From Selaginella moellendorffii (Eukaryota > Plantae > Lycopodiophyta): a DNA stretch of 64,000 bases. Where the stretch lies: contig NW_003314290.1 in assembly GCF_000143415.4 (NCBI RefSeq), positions 124,001 through 188,000 on the forward strand, read 5' to 3'. The position numbers and the translations under genes are program-made. Of the stretch, positions 23,225 through 34,139 are shown one piece after another. A model generated the notes under the pieces. That model was not told the origin of the DNA, made no database searches, and saw only the letters and a list, made by a program, of their open reading frames with translations. How positions within the stretch are numbered: the stretch's first letter is position 1; the number at the start of each line of letters is the position of its first letter.

Positions 23225-26046
23225 ATGCCGACGGTGAGCGTCGCCAGGGAGTTGCTCCATACGATGCTGGGGAGGGTTTACAGTAAGAAAATTCTGATGT
23301 GCGCATCAGCGCTCTGATGTTCGCCTGGCAGCGCAAGAGGAATTCGACGAGCTGTGCTTCGTGATTGGAATCGAGCTGGACGATGTGGTGAGTGTGAAAT
23401 TCGCTACATTGCCGCTGCTTGATGACTCTGGCCTTTTTCCAGACGACAGAGAAAGCTATAATCAGGAAAGAGAAGCATTTGCAGGAGAATGAAGCGGACG
23501 AGGACGAAGAGGTTATCTACAAGATCGAGGTTCCTGCAAACCGGTATGGAAACTCTCCTGCATTTGTTCTGGAAAATCTTTCTTCCTTCTGTATTGAAGC
23601 TTTTTCTTTGTTTCCAGATATGATCTCCTTTGTCCGGAGGGGATTTGTCGGCAATTGCGAATCTTCTTGCGGGTCGAGAAAATGCCAACTTACAGACTTT
23701 CGAGACTTCCCGACTCCTCAATCCTGAAGATGATCGTGAAACCAGAGGTAGTATTAATTTTATTTGGTCTTTTGTTGAAGTTTTCTTCCTGGTTGTTTAG
23801 ACTGCAGTGATCAGGCCGTTTGTAGTTTGCGCCATTCTCAGGGGTATCACTTTCGATCAAGCACGCTACGCCAGTTTCATCGACCTCCAAGACAGACTCC
23901 ATCAAAATATTTGCAGGTAATTTTCGTAAACGTGAAGCATATGTTCCACTCGATATTATTTTTAAGGAAGAGAACCTTGGTTGCAATTGGAACTCATGAT
24001 CTGGACACACTACAGGGACCTTTCACTTACGAAGTTCGTTCGTTTTTAAAACTGTTGGAAACCTTTATTCTTACTTCTAAATATTCATTCACTTTGCAGG
24101 CTCTTCCTCCATCAGAAATAAAGTTCATCCCATTAAAGCAGGTACCGAATTCAATTCATGGGGCGTAACTTTGTCTTGCTTTTTTGGTGGCAGGCACAAG
24201 AGTTTACAGCAAAAGAATTGATGGAGTTTTACAAGGTAGCCGTGTGTCTACAATGTGTTTGCGAATCAGCTTTTCTAACACTGTGGTCTTAACAGTCGGA
24301 TTTGAAGCTAAAGAAATTTCTCCACATTATAGAGGACTCGCCGGTCTTCCCTGTGATATACGACAGCAACAGGTAAAACTCAACTCATCGTTCATTAACT
24401 CTCATCTTTCGTTCGTTCTTTTCTTTTCGTTATTAATCACCAGGACAGTTCTTTCGCTGCCGCCGATTATAAACGGTGCCCATTCGGCTATCAGCTTGAA
24501 CACCAAGAACGTTCTCATAGAATGTACCGCCACGGATTTAACCAAGGCTAAAATCGTATTAAACACGATGGTAAGTGCTGCTTTTACAACTTGGAGTTAC
24601 TGAGATTTGCCAGCAGGTTGCAATGTTTTCCGGGTACTGCGATGAGAAATTCGAAGTTGAACCGGTCGATGTGGTGGATCCAGTTGGAAGAGTCACGAGA
24701 TATCCTGATCTTTCCTTGCGCACCATGGACGTAGATTTATCATACATTAAGAAATCCGTTGGAGTACCACTTCAAGCTGGAGAGGTAATGTATCTTCTTT
24801 CCTTAATCTGCGTCCTTTACTATAAAACGTTTTGACTCTTCCAGATTGTGGATCTGCTGAGCAAAATGCAATTGACGTCTAAGGAGATAGATGGGGACAA
24901 AATCCAAGTGTCTATACCGCCAACAAGAAGTGATATTCTGCATCCTTGCGATGTAATGGAGGTACTGTCTTTGTTTCATCCGTCTCAAAGCTCAATCTTT
25001 CGGCTATAGGACGTTGCTGTTGCGTATGGCTTTAACAACATTCCAAAGACTAGACCAAAAACCAGCACTGAAGGGAGGCAGCAACCCCTTAACGAGTTCA
25101 GTGACTTGCTAAGACTTGAGGTATTTTGGTCGACTTGAGAAATCGAAAGCAACTCAATTTGTGGCCTTGTTTCGCAGCTGGCAATGGCCGGGTTCAGCGA
25201 AGTCCTTAACTGGGTCCTAGTGTCCAAGAAGGAAAACTTTACGTTGTTGAACAGGAAGGATGACGACAAGATTGCTGCAATAGTTAGCAATCCTCGAAGC
25301 AGCGACTTTGAGGTGGGTATAAAGAGCCCTTTGTTTCACTGTTTCGTTAATTCTCTGGCTTTTCAGGTTCTGCGGACGAGTCTTCTGCCTGGTATTCTAA
25401 AAGTCATGGAACACAGCAAAGATGTTCCTCGTCCAGTGAAGGTATTGATCAAGATACTATCATCTCTTCGAACTTTTCTTCGTCTCCCCGCGCTTGCTTG
25501 CCCCGCTTTGATCCATCGCATCGGTTTTTCTCTAAATTCGTCCTATCTTTATGCAGGTTTTCGAGATCTCTGACGTAGTTCTCCTGGATCCCAGTAAGGA
25601 TGTAGGAGCTGCAAATTCCCGTCATCTGGCTGCTTTGTACTGCAGCACCACGTCTGGCTTCGAAGTAAGCTAATGTTGTCTGTAGAACAAATGGAATGAC
25701 CAAGCCTGCCTTGCAGATCATACACGGCCTCCTGGATAGAATCATGAACGTTCTCAATGTTCCAGTCGACGGCTACACCGTGGGGCCATCCAATGTAAGG
25801 AAAAGTTCTTATCGTTTGTAATGTAATACTAAGCTCGTTTCGCTGCAGGAACCGGAGCTTTTCAAGGGTCGTCAAGCCAAGATTTTCTACAAAGGCTCCT
25901 GCGTTGGATCCTTTGGAATTATCCATCCTCAGGTACGTAACCTCGTCATGTGGTCTCTCTTAAGCTCCGCTCTGCAGGTGCTCAAGAACTTCGACATTCC
26001 GGATCCTTGTTCTTACATTGAGATGGAAATCGAACGCTTTTTGTAG
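23225..26046 (+). CDS. Phenylalanine--tRNA ligase beta subunit, cytosolic; about 19 exons
   Basis: MPTVSV...[115 protein letters not shown] introns of ~45-115 nt. Confidence 0.93.
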
Positions 26047-26627
26047 CCTAGAGCACGAAAGAAAAAGATTTTCCCCACGATTTGTTCAGTTTCTCATTTC
26101 GTCACCTTGAATTCTCTGAGCCTCACGGGAAAGCCCTGGTAATCAGGTGAAATACCAAAACCGCGCTTGATAAGAGGAGCCATGTCATGTATGGCCTCAA
26201 CCATGGACAAGAGAACCGCCGCCACCTTGAAACAAACCTGAGTAGGTGGTAATCCACATAACACTTGGATAAACATCTTGATCCTCAGCAAATCGTAGTG
26301 TATGAGTTTTGAAAAATTTTGGACTAGCATTCTGTTTAACTGCAATCCAAAACAGCTTCTCGAAATTACAATTCTGGATGCCAATTTTCAAGCTGAACAA
26401 TTTCCATTCCATACAGAAACTTCTAGCTACTCAAGACTTTCTATATTATAGGACAAGAACACTAGGTCTGTTTGCAAATTGACTCTGCAAGGATGACTCA
26501 ATTGGAATGTTGCAAGAAGCATCCGAAGTGAAAATTACTAGCCACGACTCCAAGTAAAACTCTGCCAGAATATTTTATTCAAAATCTATATAGGTTTGTT
26601 TATGTGGCCATGGACGTTTTCACTTTC

Positions 26628-27329
26628 TTAAGTGGCAGCTGTAGCAGCAGATTGCTGCTGCTGAGTACCTGCATCTAAATTCAATAAAATTACAGTATAA
26701 GTAGAGTTTAAACCTTGACCTGGCAAATGAGTTCCACCAGCCTGCTGAGCAAACTGGATGTTGATGTTCTTCACATCGGGCTTCTGTTCAGCAGATTTGA
26801 TCTTGGCGATTGTGACAGTGAGTACACCATCTTCCATGGTGGCCGTAATCTCGTCTATCTTTGCATCCTTGGGCATCCGAAAGGATCTTGAAAACTCGCC
26901 TCCGAATCGCTCATAGAATCTCGCCTTCTCGCCTTTCTCCTTATCAGGCTTGTCCCGGTGCTTCTCCCCACAGATCACCAGCATCCTGTTGCCTTCGACC
27001 TTCAAATGGAGTCGATCTTTCTTCACACCTGGTTCACAACAGATTCACTTTGAAATATTTAGAGGATCCCGGAGGATCCTGCATTCCTCAAGGTTTTAAG
27101 AGAGGAAAGAAAGAACTCCCTCACCAGGCAGATCGATCTGGAGGATGTGATGATCAGCCGTTTCGATCCAATCGACACGAATCCATCTTCCAATGTGCTG
27201 CTGCTTGCCACGGCGAGGTTGCTCTCCTCCTCGCCGACCCCCGCCTCCTCGTCTTCCCCGATGGAACTCTGGCCAGTCCTCCTCCCAGAACTCCTCGAAC
27301 TCCTCTTCAGATTCATCCACAAACTCCAT
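26628..27329 (-). CDS. Small heat-shock protein (HSP20/alpha-crystallin domain); exons 27329-27125 and 27028-26628 (possible in-frame 45-nt intron near the 3' end)
   Basis: RVDWIETADHHILQIDLP|GVKKD...VEGNRMLVICGE...ERFGGEFSRSFRMP...I.ATMEDGVLTVTIAK, the alpha-crystallin consensus. Confidence 0.88.
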
Positions 27330-28249
27330 CAGATTCAAGAACCAGATTCTCAAAGCTCACACAACTCTACTGACAATCTCTAGAAACTTTCACTCGCTCT
27401 ACCTGCTTGCTACAACTTTCGTTGGACGAGCATCACTTCTTATAGCGTGGGGGGACTTGCGTATAACATGCATTAAGTGCTCATGGCACACGTTCAATAT
27501 CACCACTTGTCAACAAACCGGGCTTCCTCTAGAGACTTCTATGAAAAAATATTCTTCCAACAAAGCAGAGTCAAAAGCAAAATTATTTTACATTTGTTTT
27601 GAAAGTCCCGGCTTCTTAAAGGTCGAGCACTTCTTGTGGAAACTCGCAGTTAGTAGTGATGAAAAAATAGCAGCTCGATCGATCATGTGAACCAAACAGT
27701 CGTTTCCTCTTATATTTATATCTCGTGATCCAGCCTGCTGTTGGTGATGGACATGTCGTTTTCATATTGGAACTTGTGGCGCTCTGTCAGAGGTTTCTAT
27801 TTCTTTGTCACCTTGTCATTTGTTCTTGAATTCCGTAAGCCGCCGTTCTCGCTCTTATAGTGGAATATGGCTCCTTTCATCAAGCGTTCACCCAATCACC
27901 AATGCGAAAGGCACCTAAAGTGGCCTTGAATCCAAGGTCGAAAGACTTCCGACGTGAATGGTGTGCAGTAATCCACTTCCAGCCTCTTTCTTGACCATAA
28001 CACTCAAGATCATGGATTTGATCGTAGACAGCAAATCGTCCGGGGCATACGCCACTGCTAAGATAGAAACCCTAAAGTTTCGGAAGACTCGACTAGGCTT
28101 CTCCAAATGGGTCCAAAGAAACTTCCTTTTAGTTACTCAGGTCACTTTCATTTCCACAGGACTTGCTTTTTCGCAGGACTTTTAATTTGTCTTTCTTGAG
28201 ACTTGGACCTTCAAAAGATCACTATAGGTTGCGCTTCTGTTCGCAAATC

Positions 28250-30014
28250 ATGGAATCCTTCTGCAAGGATGAGTCTACAGTAGGAATTGAAATGCAAATT
28301 ACAAATGTCGAAGAGAGTAACAATTTCACAGCTGGAAGAAGCATCCAAGAGAAAATTACTGGAGCTTTCCTTGTAGGAGGTTCTTCATTTGATGCATGGC
28401 TCACTACAACCACAGCACAGGTAGCCTTCTCTAGAATTATATTCGAAATCTATGGAGAAATTTACCTTGCAGGTAGCACAAGTTCTCCTCACTCTTCCAC
28501 ACACTCTTGCACAAATGGGAATTACATCCGGAATAGGATTTCAACTTCTATATGGTGCTCTTGGTTGTTGGAGCTGCTATATAACTATGTGCCTGTATAT
28601 GGATTATGTGGCAATTCTTGAAAGGCACAACGCTCGTAGGAAGAATCACATAATTCAGGTAACAAAACTAAAAACTTCTTCTGGTGTCGCCTGAAAAAAA
28701 AATAAAAAAAATTGATGATAGTGGTATGAAGTATTAGATGGTCATTTGGGTCGATGGTGGAGAGCATCTGGATTGTTATTCAATTGTGCATTGATGGTGA
28801 GCAGTGCAACAATTCAACTTATAGCTTGTGCAAAGTAAGTTACATATAGAAAACAAAAATCTCTAAAATTTTGGTGGACAGCACAATCTGGTACATGAAT
28901 AATAGCCTTGACAAAAGGACTTGGACATATATATTTGGAGCTTTATGTTTTCTCACTGTACTTATTCCCACAGCAAGGAATTATAGACTTTGGGTGTTTA
29001 TTGGCATATTCATGACAACCTATACAGCTTGGTATTTCACCATTGCATCTATATTTTTTGAAAAGGTATGTCCTAGCTTTATCAATATTTTAAATTTAGT
29101 AACTTTCACAGCATGATAAGCATGTGCAACACTCAGGTCCAGTAAGTAAAATCCAGTATTTTACAGGTGCTACAAATAATATTTATACATTTGGTAATCA
29201 TGCTTTGACACTGTAAGTTAAAATATGATCTGCTTTACTGCTATTAACGTCAGCTTTCAGAGAAATTGTTGAAGCTATGGATAAACCAAGGAAGTATAAG
29301 ATAACTAATGTGTATGCAATCCTTTATATCTTCACACTTACACTCCCATCAGCAGTGAGTGTGTATTGGAGATTTGGTGATCAGATGCTGAATTATCCAA
29401 ATGCCCTAGCAGTGCTCTCCCCATCCAAGTTCAGAAATGTAGCTATCATCCTTATGCTTACCCATCAGGTGGACTTAAACTCTCAATGATAATTTCAACG
29501 TTTAATTTTTAATTTTTTCTGCAGTTTATTGAGTTTGCTGCATTTGTGGTTCCAGTATTTGCAATGTGGGAGAAATTACTAGGCATCCACTGCTCCCAAA
29601 ACTACATCTTAAAATGTATAGCCAGAATGCCAATTGTGTTGGGCATTTGTTTTCTAGCTATTATGCTCCCATTCTTTGGTTCCATCAACTCAGTGGTGGG
29701 CGCTATCATCTCCAGCATTGGTGTCTACATTCTCCCCTGCCTTGCTTTCATGGTCATAAGGAGGCACAAAGAATCAAGAGAGGTATAGGCCACACTTTTC
29801 TTTCAACTATTTTCCATATCACAACATTTTTATTTCAGAATGCGGTAGAGCAGCCACCCTTTTGGATCAAGAGCTGGGTGGGTGTTTACTGCATCAATCT
29901 TGGATTGGTTCTTTGGGTTGGAATCATAGGCGCTTCGGTTCCTGGGCAAGCATGCACAATCTAATGCACAAAGTGGAAAAATTTGGACTGTTTGCAAAAT
30001 GTTTCCAATGTTAA
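28250..30014 (+). pseudogene. AUX1/LAX-like copy B; 8 exons, with a 4-nt deletion in the last exon (~29932) giving a premature stop at 29964
   Basis: Closely similar to copy D. ggaatcataggc[atag]gcttcgg deletion relative to D; the original FGLFAKCFQC* (to 30014) is now out of frame. Confidence 0.82.
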
Positions 30015-30059
30015 GAACTTAACTCATTAGTGTGAAAAACTTACTATACAATACCTTTT

Positions 30060-30749
30060 GCCATCAGCTCTGGTAAAAGAGAATGCCAGCCCTAGATCCA
30101 AAGCCATCATTCTCTCAAATGCAAGCACTGCACATTCTTCCACTTGCAACACGTGGCGAACAAGCACGTCCAAGTCTCAATACTGGCCTTGAAAGGCATG
30201 GCTTCCGCGGATAGCATCGCCTCCTCTAGCTGGTTTGCGCGATCAACCATGCAGTGGTAGTGCTCAGGATAGAACTTACCGCTGCCATTCCCTGGAAGAC
30301 CTCTCAGTCCAGCCCGGCCACAAGCTCGAGATGGCGAGAGCTCCAGCGCCAGCTTACATCTCCAATATCCTACTATGAGTGCCGTCCATGCCACCGAGTC
30401 CTTGTCACGAGTCCATGGCTCTCTCCTCTGCCGAGTTTAAGACACGACGAGCAGCGTCCATGCTGCCACACTTGACATGGAAATCTGTTGCGACGAGACA
30501 AGAGCCTCCGAGTCGAGCCCGGCCTTGCAAGTGCTAGTGTGGACGGCCTTCCCGGCTTGCAAGTCTGCCACATTGCCGCAAGCTTTGAGAACTGCTACTA
30601 GAGTCTGGTAGTCGGGCCTGGAGCCATACTGCAACTTGATCATCCTTACGAAGACCTTGTAGGCAGCTGTCTCCTGGCCGTTGTCCATGTAGCTGAGGAT
30701 GAGAGAGTTCCATGACACCGAGCTGTGAACTGGCATCTGGTCGAAGACC
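30060..30749 (-). pseudogene. Decayed 3' fragment of the PPR gene at 54572-57199
   Basis: MPVHSSVSWNSLIL...YGSRPDYQTLVAVLKACGNVADLQAGKAVH...EHYHCMVD...CCKWKNV, matching 54700-55460 with many deletions. Confidence 0.88.
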
Positions 30750-32049
30750 CTAGCTCCCAGCACCCAAGGGAAGGGGTGAGGGGGAGGGCACACAAAAGCC
30801 AAAGCACAAAGACATTTGCTAGCACTATATAAACTGTAGACATTTGCCCCTATTTTCTTACACCAAATCATAGGATAAGCTCTAGGCCTCCACTACAATG
30901 TCAAGAGAAACACTAGAATGCATTCCAAGTGGACATGGAGCAGCAAACTTACAGCAAATGCCTATTGTTGTGGACTGTGGAGCTCGGCTCTTTGTACATC
31001 CACCGCCCCTTAGTTGCCAATGCACCTTCCCCTAGAGTGTCCTCACATGTTGAGGCTGGGCTAGCATATGCATGCAGTGGCAACAATCGAGAATGAACAA
31101 CCTCTGAACATCTGAATGACATGCAAAAGTCATAAAATGTTTCTTCATAGGCATAGGAAAAATGTAAAGGCACTACATTGTAGCATAGAGAAGGCCACAT
31201 ACTCAATCTGATGGGTAGTATTTGTGCCACCACAATCTCTTACTAGAGAAATGTGGTGACAGTGGCATTCCTAGTCTGGGAGGAGTTGTCAGTGGTATTT
31301 TGAGCTACATATCACAAACATAATTATGTGACATCCCAGAGGCATGCTCTAAGACATTGTACCCCTTGACTGTGACTCTCTTGAGAGAAAGAAACCTATT
31401 TTTCCTGTCTAGCTCTATGTCATTCACTGAGATCTTGATTGCTTCCTCTCTACTCTTGGCTGCAATTGCAAAGAAAAAAAAAAGGCAAAGCTAGGATTTT
31501 GGAATACCAGCTGTTACATTTGAGCACTACCAAACTCTTATTGATGAAGATAAGAAAAGGAAGAGACACAGCTAACATCAAAGAATCATGATGGTCAAGT
31601 TGGCATGAGGTAAGCTGGAACATTCCCACAATTGTGATACTTGCCTTTTACATGCAAAGAGCTTGTGTATGTCTCCCAAATATTGTTAGTGGAAGTGCAT
31701 TCATGAATATGTCCAATGTTGGTCTTGATCATTCCGAATGGCAACCAGGTGATCAGTCTACCGTGGTTATCAAGCAGCTATGAAAGTGCTGAATGGTTGA
31801 TCAGTTGACAATTTTTTTTTTGATTGATGCCAAATGGGCATGTTTGAAATACTTCAATGTTATGGCTAGAAATTTTAGCAAAATATTTTGATGGATTTCC
31901 ATACATTTTTCCACAATAGTTAAACCTTTAAACTTTGCTCAACTGTGCTAGAATTGCTAAAATCCAATCATTGCAATAGTTTGCATTTTAGGGCATAAAT
32001 GCGGTCAGGACCAACAATGAATATGTCTAGCACTATTTCTGCTGTGACA

Positions 32050-33140
32050 TAGCAAAAAAGTTCCACTTTCTCATTTGCCACCTATTAATAAATAAAATGA
32101 AACCAAACTTGGATATGCTTTGTCATATGATGAAACCATAGATTTTTCATTGATGCAATGGCTCTTACAATGAAGGATTATTGCCTCTCCTTGCTTGTAG
32201 CAAAGTCTTAAGTCAAAGAATCTCCTTGGCTGTTTATATCATCCTAACATACTTTGCCTTTGTGCTTGAAAGTGCCACAATTGGCTGCTGCTCACTACTC
32301 TACATAACTACTGCACTGCCCAAGCTAAAGACATAGCCAAAAGTTGGTTTTCTCTTATCACCTTCTCATGCCTAGTTTGCATCTAAGTATCCTTGCAGCT
32401 TGAGTTGAGGCTACACTCTTGTTTTGTGTAACACAAACATAATCTATTGTTCCCTTTACATAACAAGACACCTGCTTGATTGCTTGCTAGTGTGGAAAGC
32501 TAGGATTTGCCAGGAACTATGAGACAACTCCTACTGCGTAGGTATATTTGGCCTAAAAAAAATTATGAGGTAGACTAAGCTACCTACCACCTTTTTATAT
32601 GGAATCCTATCCATCACTACCTTTTCAGCCTTTGTGCCTAGGGCTATATTGTAAGTAGCCAAGTTGTTTTTTCCTATCCTAGTATCTTGTTCATTGATGA
32701 TTTGTAGGGCCATTTTGGCCAAAAAGGCAAAGACATAAATGGAATATTCTAGACCTTACATTCTTGATTTAACAAATGACAATATCCTCATTGTCCTTTG
32801 ATACCAATATTAAGATTTGGCACTAAAAGACAAATATCTAGTCTCTCTAGACTATATTACACCTCCTCTTGAGGTTATTTAGCACTTAGTCACCCCCAAA
32901 CTACCTCAAAAACTCCACTATAGTGCCACTCTATTATGAGCTTTAAGTTAAGTTCCTTACCCTAACATGCCTTAATATACCCTTGAGCTTCTTGTTTGCT
33001 CCTTTTGACTATAATGATAAAGTCTATAAAGATATTACACCAATAGATATAAGAACAAGTAAAAGTTGCAAAAGACCCTTTGGCTTCTCCCATAGCACTT
33101 TTACTTGCTAACAAAGCTTATATAGTTTACAATACTCAAG
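32050..33140 (-). mobile_element. Ty1/Copia retrotransposon relic (RT C-terminus and RNase H, tRNA-Met PBS)
   Basis: IPYKKVVGSLVYLIIFFRPNI and GYLDAN...TFGYVFSLGSAVV..SSEQQPIVALSSTKAKY with stops; tgatacca at 32799-32806. Confidence 0.75.
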
Positions 33141-33149
33141 GATATTAAC

Positions 33150-33721
33150 TGTAAGCTCTTTAATTTGAAATTTTTGAGAAGTCACCCAACCCAGTACTAT
33201 TCAAACCCAAAGACACTTAACCCTATAAGTATCCTAAAACCCTTAACTGATTCACTCTTATTCATGAGCCTTTTTCCTCTATATATAAATTTCATGGATC
33301 ATTTTCCAAGTCATTCTCTTTGGTTGTTTACAATCTACCACACTTGTAAGTTCATGCTTTTGTGAATGAAAGTTGAAAGCCATAACTCTTTTAAGAGCCC
33401 CACTCCTTTGACACCTTACCCTTTGGGTTGAACCCAGTCGAAACAAACTAAACTTACTAAATATCAATCAATATATAATGTGATTCCCTTAGTCAACCAA
33501 TAGAGTCAGACTCAAGACTCTCTCTGATACTAAATATAAGCTCCTTAATTTGGACTTTCCAAGGAGGTCACCCAACTTAATATTATTCAAGGATGCTTAA
33601 CCCCAAGTATCCCAAGACCTTTAATCGATTGGAAAGGGGGTGCACTTTTATTTATAGGATTTTTCCTATTATATTTGAACCCATGGATTGTTTTTCAAGT
33701 TATTCTTTTTGGTTTTTTACA
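33150..33721 (-). mobile_element. TRIM with 5S-rRNA-like LTRs (Cassandra-like), copy 1
   Basis: LTRs at 33535-33721 and 33150-33331; PBS-like ctctgatactaaa at ~33522; near-TSD ttaac/ttagc. The LTR reverse complement reads ggttaagtgtctttgggtttgaatagtactgggttgggtgac, similar to the 5S internal promoter region. Confidence 0.8.
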
Positions 33722-33896
33722 TTAGCTTTCATATTGAAAACTATAGTGAGCAACATATGGCTTCTTATGAGCTTTACGTAAAAGCATAGTTCAAATGTCC
33801 TTAGATGAAGGAGATCATGGAAATAAAGAAAATTCTCATAAAGAGAATAATTCTTATACAAAGAGATTTTAGTCTCTAAATGTAGCTCATGCTTAA

Positions 33897-33950
33897 AACT
33901 CTCATAAATAACTCTCATAAATAACTCTCATAAACTCTCATAAATAGCTC
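33897..33950 (+). repeat. 13-bp tandem repeat (aactctcataaat), about 4 copies
   Basis: Direct reading. Confidence 0.8.
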
Positions 33951-34139
33951 TAGAATCAGTCATATACTTATATGGAAAAGACGCTACAAAATTAGTGAGA
34001 ACCACTAAAATAGCATTAATGTATCTGACTTAGTGGATCAGCCACTAAATTTTTATTACCAGAAATATGAATGATCTTAAAATGAAAATTAGCAAGGAAG
34101 GCCAACTAACAAGCCCGTCACTTATTCATAACTAGTTGG

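Noticed and set aside
27375-27560. Heat-shock elements upstream of the sHSP
   Set aside because: Only imperfect nGAAn arrays, too weak to call.
30770-32050. Possible DNA-transposon relic
   Set aside because: No TIR/TSD or diagnostic transposase motif identified.
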